The position numbers were made by a program, and so were the translations under genes. Shown here one piece after another: positions 28,801 to 54,355 of a stretch of 64,000 nt of DNA (position 1 is the stretch's first letter; every line of letters starts with the position of its first letter). The stretch is taken from assembly GCF_009914755.1 (NCBI RefSeq), contig NC_060944.1. One strand, 5' to 3'. Source of the DNA: the human T2T-CHM13v2.0 reference genome, Homo sapiens. A model generated the notes under the pieces. It searched no databases, was not told the origin of the DNA, and saw only the letters and a program-made list of their open reading frames with translations.

Positions 28801-30080
28801 TGAGAGAGAAGGTATTGGGAGAAAAGTGTGTTATCTAGGTAGTCCAGGAAGGTCTTCCTTTCATGACAATACCCATAGACACTTAGTCCCTTGACTCAGG
28901 GCATTACTTACACTAGGGGTCCTCTGGATGTTTGATGAGAAAAAACAGAAATGACACAAAGTCCTTTCCAGATGGAGACCTCTTTTATAGGAGGTCCAAA
29001 GGACTGGAAGTATTTTGAATCAGAGGTTGTGTGACAAATTTCAAAGATCCCAGACCATTGATGATTATGTATTGGGATGAGAGAGAAAGGGGGTTGGAGA
29101 CAGAGCAAATTAAGACATTTTCAGTATCTGGGCTATGGACATATACAGAACTCTTGGACAGATGATTCCTGTTTAGAGGAGCTCACAATGTAAATGTGAG
29201 AGGCAATGAGACTTTCTTCCATAGATAGTGTGTGAAGGCTCAGCGCTTCCAGGGGACGAGAAAGTAGCACAGTTTATACCGTAAGTCAGACACTCCAAGT
29301 TCTGGACCTGTTCACTTAGCAGATATGTGCCCTTGGACAAGTCACTCAACCACTTATTATTCTCTTAGTCTCAGTTTCCCCATGTGTAAAATGAAGATCA
29401 GAAAAGTGCCTGCTGCAGAGGGTGTTTGTGAGTATGAAATAAGATTATGCACATAACTTTACCAGAGAGTAAATTCCAGGCTGGCTGCTTGAGTAAGGTG
29501 GATTGTCAATACAACCATGATTGTGGCTGTTCCAACCACTTACTACCCAACTCTTAACAATAAAAACAGAGGGTTTGCCTCTGAGAAGGCAAGAAAGGAG
29601 AAGATGACAGGGTATGAGGATGAACGAGCATCACCCCAAGGTTATGCATTTTAGCATTTTAGTATGCATCCTGCTTTAAAGATAGCAGCAGCCATGGTTA
29701 CTTAAATTTTGAAGTATAGGTAGTATAGTGAATGTATGAAACTGGGGAGGAGGCACTCTGAATTGCATGTCCTATGTGGGCAATTAAAAGGAAAGGAAGA
29801 TGATGTGGGGAAGCAGGAGGATACTGTACTTTAATAAACTGTAAGATAGGAAATGTAGGGAAGCTCATCGCCCTGCACAAGCTAGTGGTGGAACCTCCTT
29901 TTTCACTGATCACTACTTCTCCTTCTCCAATACACTGCTCACGACAACAACCTGGAATTTTAACCAATTTGCATTGTGCAAGGGCAACATTTCCAAGCAA
30001 CTCTAACTCCAAGAGAAAACCACATCTTTCAGAGTCCTTGAATATGAGAATAGTTCCAGGCTAAACGTAGGAATTTTTAA

Positions 30081-30332
<252 letters not shown>

Positions 30333-30455
30333 TAAGGAATCTAATCCTGTCCTTGGTCCTTGGGGGTAGTAAAAGAAGAGGTTTTGACATCCTAAGATAG
30401 AGAAAATTGATCAGGGGCTAACCTTGCTTGGAGTGGGAAGAGGGAGGATTGCTCA

Positions 30456-30807
<352 letters not shown>

Positions 30808-30971
30808 CACATTTGGGTGGGCTGTCAGGATCATTTGCTCATTTTGCAGTTAGGAAATCAAATGCCCAGAGAGAAAATAATAGCCACCATCTATTGGACA
30901 ATTACTGTGTGTCAGGCACTGCACTAAGCAATTAACATATATTGATATAATTTAAAATTATATCAAGGTAG

Positions 30972-31381
<410 letters not shown>

Positions 31382-31901
31382 TTATTAAATGGCACAGCAG
31401 GGTTTCTAACCAGAGCTGACAGTCACAATGGTCTTGACAATCTTACATGGACAAGGTCACCCAAACCAAATTCTTGCACTCTCATACCTTTGAACTCTTC
31501 ATAGCAACTTGCTGCTTTATACAACTAAGCTCCCAGCCCATGCTTGACTATTTCCCAATCATTGGAAATAGAAGGTCAATGGTGCCTAACAGGGCTGTGG
31601 TTTGGCTGATTCCCAGGAGAACTGGCTGGAGAGTGGCCTTGGGAGTAACTAGAAAGCAGAAATGTTGTTTTGTTTATTTTATATTCCTAGTGGATCTTTT
31701 CAGTGCCTGGCACATACTAAGCAATGATTAAGTGTTAAGTGAATGAAAAAGTGAAAGATTAATCAATAAAATAAGGGAAACATTGAGATAGAAGGCATCC
31801 TCTGTGCTTTCCCTAGGATAAAAAATGACCTGCATTAATCCAGGGAGACCTTCAAAAACCTGTAACACCGATTTGGGTTTTTCTTTCCTTTGCTTAAACA
31901 G

Positions 31902-31908
31902 GAGGTGA
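31902..31908 (+). CDS. SPINT4: SPINT4 exon 3 coding part (..P-R-stop)
   Basis: Acceptor TTTCCTTTGCTTAAACAG|; 115+178+7=300 nt = 99 aa plus TGA; AATAAA at 31949-31954. Confidence 0.9.
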
Positions 31909-34001
31909 GAGGATGTGAACTCATGAAGTTGTCTGCTGCACCATCCGAAATAAAGACACAAGAAAATTCAGACTGATTTTGAAATCTTTGTAATATTTCC
32001 ATAATGCTTTAAGCTTCCATATGTTTGCTATTTTCCTGACCCTAGTTTTGTCTTTCCTGGAAATTAACTGTATGATCATTAGAATGAAAGAGTCTTTCTG
32101 TCAGCCCTGGCTCTCTTAATTTCTCTCCACTTGTCTTATCTGGATTTGCAGAGCTGAAATGTCAGCTGGTCCCATCCATTGATTTCCCCCTCACTCCTGA
32201 GCCATCCCTTACATATGCACACTTAGCTTCATTTATCCTAAACTGCTAAACTGTTTCAGGTTTGACAAGTCTGTACAGGTTTGCATCACCTCCCCTGTCA
32301 AATTGAACTGGTTAGTGGAACCAAAGTACCAAACCTATACTCCCTTTTGATCTTGAAATCAAACCTAGCAGCGAACTGCACACTTATGTGAAATGTCCCT
32401 GCACTCATAACAAATTTTTCTTTGTCGTGTTTCCTGATTCAAGTCCCTCAATTAGTTTAATTACCTCCCAACCTGGTCCCTGTTTAGGAGTAATTATATG
32501 GACCTCTGTCATTGCTATTTGACTTGATTATAGTCAGTCCTTCTGGAAAAGAATCCTCAACTTCAGTCCAGTGACTGTGTTTCAGCTACCAAAAAATGAT
32601 TATCCAAACACAGGTTCCCAAATCTTCTGCATATAATGCTACAAGGTTTGGCATGGCCATGATCAGCCTAGCTGTAAGATTTACAAGTTGACCACTTCAC
32701 CTCTGAATTTTTTCAGGCATCCAAACTGAACCTGCACTGAAGTAGGAAAACCTATCCTGGCACCTGTTATTACCCTCTGCATATCTACCATGTCCATCTT
32801 ATAGACAAAGCCAATCCCTCACCTGTGAATCACAACCTGGAACAGGGGTAGCTAGGGCCAACATTGTAAACCAGTGAGACCATAACTAGACACACAAGCC
32901 TGATCTCTGCTCCATCTTAAGACTAGGAAGATCAATGCCCTAAATTAAGATGCTTTTCTGCAAAAATTCTGGTAACTACAAGATCATACCCTCAACCAGA
33001 CAGGGTTTATTCTGAGCAGGTAAAGTGCTAATAACCCAGTTGATTCTGGCATATTTCATCTTCAATGAAGATCCTAAAATTATAGATCATTCTTGAGCCC
33101 AGCCAGCTGCAAGACCCTAAAATAATAGAGATGAGACTAATCTAATTAGTCCACATACACAGAAGTTCTGAGATTTTCCTGTTATGAATCATGAAACTGG
33201 GTGTCCCAGAAGCAGACAGTCTTTCAGGGACAAGATAGCATATTTCGGGAGCCTGTTTGCTTCCTACTTCAGCCAACTCCTTGAAAAGTCAGAGAAGTAA
33301 AAAAGAGGTGTACAGATATGAATAAAGTCAAGACTAAGAATCCTCTGAGGAAAGAAGGCAATTGTATCCTGGTGAGAAAAGGAAATAGATGCCCAGGACA
33401 GATTGTTGAGCATCAAAAGTGAGATAATGAGTTGAGTAAGAGCTTTTGAGGCTTTCGAGTTGTGTTATTCTCCCCACCACAAAGATCTGGATCAGTCATT
33501 GCCTGCTCTCTTGCCAAATCACTAACAGCCACAAAATACCAGATAACATAGTGGTCGTTCCAGAGTCCAGCTAGAGAAGTATAAAAGCATAAAAGAAGTG
33601 AGAAGCATAAAAACAGGTGCAACTGAGCTAGCCAGACACAGAGTTTACTGTTTTCTCTTCCTCCTATATACAGTAAGGTTTATGTGACTAAAACTAAGAG
33701 GAAGAAAGGTTCCTAGAAAATACATCTAGGACAGAAGTGTAGATATTTTCTCTGGTTGGAGGTGGGGGGAGGAAGATAGAGAAATAATGTTATTTAGGAA
33801 GAAGCAAATGGAGTAAGGAAGCCCAGGCTGTATCACTGTAAAGTCTCTTCTCTGGAATCATCTACCACCACCACAACCACCCTTGAATCCACCAAGAGCA
33901 GCACAAGTTAAAAAAGTTGGGCTTTGGGGAGCTAAGCTATTAAAGTGCAAAGGCATAAGAAGAAGGCTGGGCTCAGTGGTTCTAGCCTGGATTCCTAGCA
34001 G

Positions 34002-35270
34002 AAACCACTGCTCAAGGAAATCAGACAGGAAATAAAAAATGGACAAACATTCCATGCTCATGGATAGAAAAAAATCAATATTGTGAAAATGGCCATACTG
34101 CCCAGAGTAATTTATAGATTCAATGCTATTCCCATTAAACTACCATTGATATTCTTCATTAAATTAGAAGAAAACTATTTTAAAATTCATATGGAACCAA
34201 AGAAGAGTCTGAATAGCCAAGGAAATCCTATGCAAAAAGAACAAAGCTGAAGGCATCATGTTACCAGATTTCAAACTGTGCTACAAGGCTGCAATAACCA
34301 AAACAGCATGGCACTAGTACAAGAACAGACACATAGAACAATGGAACAGAATAGAGAACTCAGAAATAAGACCACACAGCTACAACCATCTGATCTTTGA
34401 CAAACCTGACAAAAAAAAAAGCAATGGGAAAAGGATTCCCTATTTAGTAAATGGTGCTGGGAGAATTGGCTAGCCATGTGCAGAAAATTGACACTGGACT
34501 CTTTCCCTATACCTCATACAAGAATTAACTCAAGATGTATTAAAGATTTAAATGTAAAACCCAAAACTATAAAAACCCTAGAAGAAAATCTAGGCAATAC
34601 CATTCAGGATTTAGGCATGGACAAAGATCTCATGGTGAAATTGCCAAAAGCAATTGCTACAAAAATAAATAAATAGCAAAATTAAAAAAGCAATTGCAAC
34701 AAAAGCAAAAATTGACAAATGAGATCTAATTAAACTAAAGAGCTTCTGCACAGCAAAAAAAAAACTATCATCAGACTGAACAGGCAACTTACAAAAATGG
34801 AGTAAATTTTTGCAATCTATCCATCTGACAAAGTCCTAATATCAAGAATCTACAAAGAATTTAAACAAACTTACAAGAAAAAAACAAACAATCCCATTAA
34901 AAAGTGGGCAAAGGACATGAACAGATACTTCTCAAAAGAAGATAAAATATGCAGCCAACAAACATATGTAAAAAAGCTCAACATCACTGATCATTAGAGA
35001 AATGAAAATCAAAACCACAGTGAGATACCATCTCATGCTAGTTGGAATGGCGATGCTGGAGAGGTTGCAGAAAAATAAGAATGCTTTTACACTGTTGGTG
35101 GGAATTCAGTTAGCTGAACCATTATGGAAGACAGTGTGGTAATTTCTCAAAGACCTAGAGACAGAAATACCATTTGACCCAGAAATCCCATTACTGGGTA
35201 TATACCCAAAGGAATATAAATCATTCTATTATAAAGATCCATGCATGCATATGTTCACTGCAGCACTGTT
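34002..35270 (+). mobile_element. Internal L1PA ORF2 3' fragment without poly-A or TSD
   Basis: Colinear with 25410-26670 of the full-length L1. Confidence 0.85.
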
Positions 35271-35427
35271 TCAAGGAATTATTTATTTTCATTCTTAATT
35301 TCTTCCTTCACCCATTCAGGAGTATGTTGTTTAATTTTCATGAGTTTGCATAGTTTCAAATGTTCCTCTTGTTATTGATGTCTAGTTTTATTCATTTTGG
35401 TCATATAAGATACATGATATGATTTCA

Positions 35428-36335
35428 ATTTTTTTTATTATACTTTAAGTTCTAGGGTACATGTGCACAACGTGCAGGTTTGTTACGTATGTATACATGT
35501 GCCATGTTGGTGTGCTGTACCCATTAACTCTTCATTTACATTAGGTATATCTCCTAATGCTATCCCTCCCCCCTCCCCCCACCCCACATCAAGCCCCAGT
35601 GTGTGATGTTCCCCTTCCTGTGTCCAAGTGTTCTCATTGTTCAATTCCCACCTATGAGTGAGAACATGCGGTGTTTGGTTTTTTGTCCTTGTGATAGTTT
35701 GCTGAGAATGATGGTTTCCAGCTTCATCCATGTCCCTACAAAGGACATGAACTCATCATTTTTTATGGCTGCATAGTATTCCATGGTGTATATGTGCCAC
35801 ACTTTCCTAATCCAGTCTATCATTGTTGGACGTTTGGCTTGGTTCCAAGTCTTTGCTATTGTGAGTAGTGCCGCAATAAACCTACGTGTGCATGTGTCTT
35901 TATAGCAGCATGATTTATATTCCTTTGGGTATATACCCAGTAATGGGATGGCTAGGTCAAATGGTATTTCTAGTTCTAGATCCCTGAGGAATCGCCACAC
36001 TGTCTTCCACAATGGTTGAACTAGTTTACAGTCCCACCAACAGTGTAAAAGTGTTCCTATTTCTCCACATCCTCTCCAGCACCCGTTGTTTCCTGACTTT
36101 TTAATGGTCGCCATTCTAACTAGTGTGAGATGATATCTCACTGTGGTTTTGATTTGCATTTCTCTGATGGCCAGTGATGATTAGCATTTTTTCATGTGTC
36201 TGTTGGCTGCATAAATGTCTTCTTTTGAGAAGTGTCTGTTCATATCCTTCGCCCACTTTTTGATGGGTTTTTTTTTCTTGTAAATTTGTTTGAGTTCTTT
36301 GTAGATTCTGGATATTAGCCCTTTGTCAGATGAGT
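35428..36335 (-). mobile_element. Young 5'-truncated L1PA 3' end
   Basis: Minus [47 protein letters not shown] (ORF2p C-terminus) plus 3' UTR. Confidence 0.93.
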
Positions 36336-39290
<2,955 letters not shown>

Positions 39291-39549
39291 AAGGAGTCTT
39301 TACTAAAAGAACAAATCACCTAGCTGACCTATGGAGTGATTCCCTTCAAGCATGGTAACAAATCAGTGTCTTAGCAAACTAGATAGTCAGAAGGTGGAAG
39401 TCCCTCTTGTTAAACTTATACAAAATTTACAGCCTAAAATTCCTTGAAACAAATTTTCCAATCTTTCTTCTTCAAAATACTTTATGACATGGGCAGACCC
39501 TTATCCACTGCCCAAAAATCTGTTGCCCCCACCACATGAAATGAATGAG

Positions 39550-39946
39550 GACAAGTTCATTTGGGCTTGTTTGGGCTGTTATAACAAAATTCAGTAGATT
39601 GGATGGCTTATAGGCAATAGAAATTTCTCACAGTTCTGAAGACTGAGAAGTCTAAGATCTAAGATCTAGGTCTAAGTATAAAATCAAGGTACCAGCAGAT
39701 TTGAGATCTGGTAAGACCAGAACTATTTCTTAGTTCATAAATGATAACTTCTCCCTGTGCTCTCACATGGTAGAAGGGGTAAACAAGCTCACTTAGGCTC
39801 ATTTTAGAAGGGCACTAATCCCATTACTTAGGGCTCTGACCTCATGACATAATCACCTCCCAAAAAGTCCCATCTCCTAATACTATCACCTTGGAATTAG
39901 GATTTCAACATATGTATTTGAGGGTATATGAACATTCAGAGCATCG
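39550..39946 (-). mobile_element. MLT1A-like MaLR LTR
   Basis: TTTGGGCTGTTATAACAAAAT..CTCACAGTTCTG..GGGCACTAATCCCATT..CTCATGACATAATCACCTCCCAAA..GGATTTCAACATATG. Confidence 0.75.
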
Positions 39947-41888
39947 AACTAAGAGTATAAAGTTTAAATGTTCTCACCACAAAAAAACTACATGAGGTGA
40001 TAGATATGTTAATTATTTTGACCATAGTAATCACTTTGCAATGTGTATATGTATGCATGTGTGTATAGTGTATATATATATATATATATACACACATATA
40101 TATTAAAACATTACATTGTACACCTCAAATATATACAATTTTTATTTGTCAATTATACTTCAATACAGTTGGGGGAATTAAAAAATAAAGTTTCAAGAGA
40201 AAAAAGAATTTATCTACTTAATACAAAACCATGAGTAGTATACAAAAGGTTCCAGGTACCAGTCATAAAGAACAATTTTAAAATGGCTCAACACCCTTTC
40301 ATGATAAAAAAAAAAACTCTCAACAAATTGGGTGTAAAAGGAATATATATCAACACAATAACGGCCATATATGACAAGTCCTCAGGAAACATTATACTAA
40401 ACAGTGAAAAATTGAAAGCCTTTCCTCTGAAATCCAGAACAAGACAAGGATGTCCATTCTTCCTACTTCTATTCAACATATTATTGAAAGTCCCAGACAG
40501 AGCAATTAGTCAAGAGGGAAAAAAGGGCATCAAATAAGAAAGGAACAAGTAAAATTGTTGGTATTTGCTGATTACACAATCTTATATATAGAAAACCCTA
40601 AAGATTCCACCAAAAAACTGTTAGAACTAATAAATGAATATGGTAAAGTTGTAGGATACAAAATCAACACAAAAAGATCATTAGCATTTCTATACACTAA
40701 TAATGAACTATGCAAAAGAGAAAGCAAAAGAACAATCCCATTTATAATAGCTACTAAAGAATAAAATAATCAGAAATAAATATAAACAAGTAGATAAAAG
40801 ACCTGTACATGGAACCCTATAATAAACATTAATGAAAGAAATTAAAGAAGACACAAATAAATGGAAAGATATCCCATGTTTATGGGATGGAAGAATTAAT
40901 ATTGTGGAAATATTCATCTACCCAAAGCAATTTACATAGTCATTGCCATCTCTATCAAAATCCCAGTGTCATTCTTCACATAAATAAGAAAAAAATCCCA
41001 AATTCATATGGAACCACAAAAAAAATAGCCAAGGCAATCATGAGGGAAAAAAAAAAAAAACAAACGTAGAGGCATCATACTACTAATTTCAAACTATACT
41101 ACAAAGTGATAAAAATGGCACTGACATAAAAATAGACACATTGACCAATAGAATAAAGAGTGCAGAAATGAACTCATACATATACAGTCATTTGACATTC
41201 AACAAAGGTGCCAAAAATACACAATAGGAAAAGGAAAGTCTCTCCAATAAATGGTGTTGGGAAAATTGGATATCCAAATGTAGAAGAATGAAATTGGACC
41301 CTTATCTCACACCATATACAAAAATGAACTAAAATGGGTTAAAGACTTATACACATAATGGGAGGCAGAGGTTGCAGTGAGCTGAGATCATGCCACTGCA
41401 CTCTGGCCTGGGCAACAAAAGCAAAACTCTGTCTCAAAAAAAAAAAAGACTTACACAGAAGACCTGAAACTGTAAAACTACTACAAGAAAACAGAGGGGA
41501 AAAAAACTACAGGACATTGGTCTGGGCAATGATTTTTCAGATTTGACCTCAAAAGCACAGGCAACAAAAGCAAAAATAGACAAATGGGATTACATTAAAC
41601 TAAGAAGCTTCTGCACAATAAAGGAAACAACTAACAGAGTGAACAGATGCTCTACAGTTTCAGAGAAAATACCTGCAAGCCATGTATTTCATAGGGGGCT
41701 AATATTCAAAATACATAAGGAATTCAAACAACTCTTTAGCAAGAAAACAACCCCATTTAAAAAATGGACAAGGGACCTGAATGTTTCTCAAAAGAAGACA
41801 CACACATGGCCAACAGATATACAAAAAAAAAGCTCAATGTTCCTAACCATTAGAAAAATGCAAATTAAAACCACAATGAGTATCATCT

Positions 41889-43716
<1,828 letters not shown>

Positions 43717-44095
43717 TCACACCTGTCAGAATGGCCATTGTCAAAAAAATGAAAAATAACAAGTGTTGGCAGGATGCGGAGAAAAGGAAACCCTTGTACA
43801 CTGTTAACAGGAATGTAAATTAGTACAGACATTATGGACAACATTATAGAGGCACCTCAAAAAATTAGAATAGAATTAACCTACGACCCAGCAATCCCAC
43901 TTCTGGGTATTTACTCAAACGATTGAAATCAGTATGTTGAAGAGATGTCTGCACTCCTATGTTCATTGCATCGACTATTCACAATAGCTAAGTTGTGGAA
44001 TCAGCCTAACTTTCCATCAACAAATAAATGGATAAAGAAAATGTGTGTTTAGTTATGTACAATGGAATACTATTCAGCCCTTAAAAAGAAATTCA

Positions 44096-44266
44096 TCCTG
44101 CTCAACCTGGTCCTAATGCTGCCCTGGCTGCTCAGCTGACCTCCTTTTACCTTCTGATACCTGGATATCCCTCTCCTGTTCAGCCCCACAGTTCCCAACA
44201 ATTTGGTTCCTGCTCCATGATCAGGATTTTCAATAAACCAGACACTCCAGAGAAAAAATAAAAAAG
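44096..44266 (+). pseudogene. Short 5'-truncated processed retrocopy of the FOLR1 mRNA 3' end
   Basis: Reads LLNLVLMLPWLLS-TGA (FOLR1 ends LLSLALMLLWLLS-stop), then a FOLR1-like 3' UTR, AATAAA 44232-44237, A-tail and TSD AAAGAAATTCA (44085-44095 / 44267-44277). Confidence 0.85.
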
Positions 44267-44619
44267 AAAGAAATTCAGTCAGTTGTGACAACATGGGTGA
44301 AACTGAAGAACATTATCCTAAATTAAAATAAGTCTACACAGAAAGACAAATACCACATGTTCTCACTTACATGTAGAATCTAAAACAATCAAACTCATAG
44401 AAGCAGAATTAGAATGGTGGTTACCAGAGGCTGGAGTGTTGGGGGAAATGGGGAGATGATTGTAAAGGGTACAAAGCCTCAGACTAGAAGGATAAGATTT
44501 TTTCAAGATCTATTAACACAATGTGGTGAATATAGTTAATAATAGTATATCGTGCACTTCAAAATCACTAAGAGTAGATTTCAAATGTTCTCACCACAAA
44601 AAATAAGTATTTGAGATTA

Positions 44620-45023
<404 letters not shown>

Positions 45024-45024
45024 C

Positions 45025-46010
45025 CTATATATAGTTATAGTTTATAAAACTATATATATAGTTATATATAGTTATAGTTTACAAAACTATATATAGTTAT
45101 AGTTTACAAAACTATATATAGTTATATATATAGTTTACAAAACTGTATATATAGTTATATATAGTTTACAAAACTGTATATATAGTTATACATATGGTTT
45201 ACAAAACTGTATATATAGTTATACATATGGTTTACAAAACTGTATGTATAGTTATACATATGGTTTACAAAACTGTATGTATAGTTATACATATGGTTTA
45301 CAAAACTGTATGTATAGTTATACATATGGTTTACAAAACTGTATGTATAGTTATACATATGGTTTACAAAACTGTATGTATAGTTATACATATGGTTTAC
45401 AAAACTGTATGTATAGTTATACATATGGTTTACAAAACTGTATGTATAGTTATACATATGGTTTACAAAACTGTATGTATAGTTATACATATGGTTTACA
45501 AAACTGTATGTATAGTTATACATATGGTTTACAAAACTGTATGTATAGTTATACATATGGTTTACAAAACTGTATGTATAGTTATACATATGGTTTACAA
45601 AACTGTATGTATAGTTATACATATGGTTTACAAAACTGTATGTATAGTTATATATATGGTTTACAAAACTGTATGTATAGTTATATATATGGTTTACAAA
45701 ACTGTATGTATAGTTATATATATGGTTTACAAAACTGTATGTATAGTTATATATATGGTTTACAAAACTGTATGTATAGTTATATATATGGTTTACAAAA
45801 CTGTATGTATAGTTATATATATGGTTTACAAAACTGTATGTATAGTTATATATATGGTTTACAAAACTGTATGTATAGTTAAATATATGGTTTACAAAAC
45901 TGTATGTATAGTTATATATATGGTTTACAAAACTGTATGTATAGTTATATATATGGTTTACAAAACTGTATGTATAGTTATATATATGGTTTACAAAACT
46001 ATATATGTAA
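45025..46010. repeat. AT-rich 33-bp minisatellite (ATGGTTTACAAAACTGTATGTATAGTTATAYAT), 24 full units from 45194 plus degenerate shorter units upstream
   Basis: Tandem units read directly; the 11-aa periodic ORFs reflect the 33-nt unit. Confidence 0.97.
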
Positions 46011-46099
46011 CATATATACAAGTTATAGTTGCATATATATAGATACACATACAACTATAACTTGTCGAAAATGAATTTTTTAAAAAAAACCCAAAAAAT

Positions 46100-51300
<5,201 letters not shown>

Positions 51301-51328
51301 CAGTTCTACAAAGAAAAATTAGGATGCT

Positions 51329-51775
51329 GGCTGGCCATGGTGGCTCATGCCTGTAATCCCAGCACTATGGGATTACAAAGCGGGTGGATCACCTGAGGTC
51401 AGGAGTTCGAAACCAGCCTGGCCAACATAGTGAAACCTCATCTCTACTAAAAATACAAAAAATTATCCAGGTGTGGTTGTGGGTGCCTGTAATCCTAGCT
51501 ACTTGGGAGGCTGAGGCAGGAGAATTGCTTGAACACAGGCAGCAGAGGTTGTAGTAAGCCGAGATAGCGCCATTGCGCTCCAGCCTTGGCAATAGAGTGA
51601 GATTCCATCTCAAAAAACATATATATACACACATATATATGTATATCCATACATATATATGTGTATATATACATATACATACATATATGTGTGTACATAT
51701 ACATACATATATGTGTGTATATATACATACATATATATGTGTATATATATACATGTATATATGTGTGTGTATATG
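51329..51775 (+). mobile_element. Alu with internal deletion followed by a (TA/CA/TG)n low-complexity tract
   Basis: Alu motifs; alternating purine-pyrimidine tract at 51618-51775. Confidence 0.9.
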
Positions 51776-52075
51776 ATTGATATTTAAATTAGTAGACTGA
51801 GTAAAAGAGATTACCCTTCATGATGCAGGTGGGCCTCATCCAATCAGTTGAAAGCCTTAAGAGGAAATAGGCTGAGGTCCCACAGAGGAAGGAGGTATTC
51901 TGACTCCAGACTGCCTTTGAACTCAAAACTGCAACATCAACACATTCCTGAACCTCCAGCCTGCCAGCATGCCCCGCAAATTTCAGATTTGTCCATCCCT
52001 ACAATCACACAAGCCAATTCCCTAACATTGGTTTTGTTTCATTGATTCTGTTCCTCTGGAGTACCCTAATACATA
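51776..52075 (+). mobile_element. MLT2-like ERVL LTR fragment
   Basis: GTAGACTGAGTAAA..GGTGGGCCTCATCCAATCAGTTGAAAGCCTTAAGAG..CCCTAATACA. Confidence 0.75.
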
Positions 52076-52111
52076 GACTTTAAAACAAAAATTATAACTA
52101 GAAGTACATTT

Positions 52112-53218
<1,107 letters not shown>

Positions 53219-53614
53219 AAGCATATTTCTAAGAAAAGGGCAAACAATTCTCAAAGAGGCCCCTAATATCTAAAACCAGTTTAGAATCCCTGCCCTAGGT
53301 GAATACAGGAAACATTGTCAAAACTAAAAGGAAACTTGTAGGGCATCTTAATCAATCAGCCAAGATGGGTGCCAAAGCCCAAAGCCAGGTAGAGGCTTGT
53401 GCAAGATCACAAGCAGAGGCGCAGTTTGAAGCTAGATTCTCCCACTCTTAAACTAGTGCTGGACAGACTGAGGCCTAGCAAGTTGGCTACAGAGCCCTAG
53501 CAGATTCCTGTCCCCACACTGAGCCAGGAGGGGTTGCTGCCCAGGGATACCGACAGCCATACTTAAGCTGGACAAGGCACATGCTCTTGGTGGAAGCAAA
53601 CACGTCCGCTACCT

Positions 53615-54355
53615 CATACAGAAATAAAAATGATTATAAAGGAATCCTGGGAATATCTGTATGCTAAAAAATTAGATAACTTAGATGAAATGAATAAATT
53701 CTTAAAAAGATAACAACTACCAAAACTGACTTAAAATAAATGGGAAATCTGAATAGATCTGTAAAGAGTAGACACCAAATCACTAATCAAAAAATATTCC
53801 ACAAAGGAAATCCCAAGCTCAGATGATTTCAATGGAGAACTCTACCAAACTTTTACAGAATTAACTCTAATCATTTACAAACTCTTCCAAAATATAGAAG
53901 AGGATGGAATACTTTCCAACTCATTCTATGAGGCCAGTACTACAGACAAAGATATCATAAAAAAGAAAACTACAGACCAATAGTCCCTATGAATATAGGC
54001 ACAAAAATTCTCAAAAAATATTAGTAAAAAGATTCAGCCACATATAAAAAAAGATTATATGCCATAATGAAATCCAATGGAATTTGTCCCAAGAATGCCA
54101 GGTTATTCAAGCATGCAAAAATCAATGTAATATACCACTTTAACAGAGCAAAGGGCATAACCAACATAATCAACTCAATAGACACAGAAAAAAAAATTGA
54201 CAAAAATCTGTCAACCTTTTATGATAAAAACACTCCTCAAATTAAGAATAGAACTTCCTCAACCTAAAAAAGCACATTTATGAAAAATCCCGAGATAACA
54301 TCATACTTAATGGGAGAAATTAAAAAGTTTTCCTTTAAGATCAGGAGCAAGACTA
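53615..54355 (+). mobile_element. L1M ORF2 fragment
   Basis: AAATTAGATAACTTAGATGAAATG..CCAACTCATTCTATGAGGCCAG..AAGATCAGGAGCAAGAC. Confidence 0.8.

Noticed and set aside
45194-46010. CRISPR-like array
   Set aside because: Units are contiguous with no unique spacers, and the DNA is human
45155-46054. Longest ORFs in the window (299, 282 and 212 aa of 11-aa repeats)
   Set aside because: Artefact of a 33-bp tandem unit that is stop-free in three frames; no promoter, splice or domain evidence
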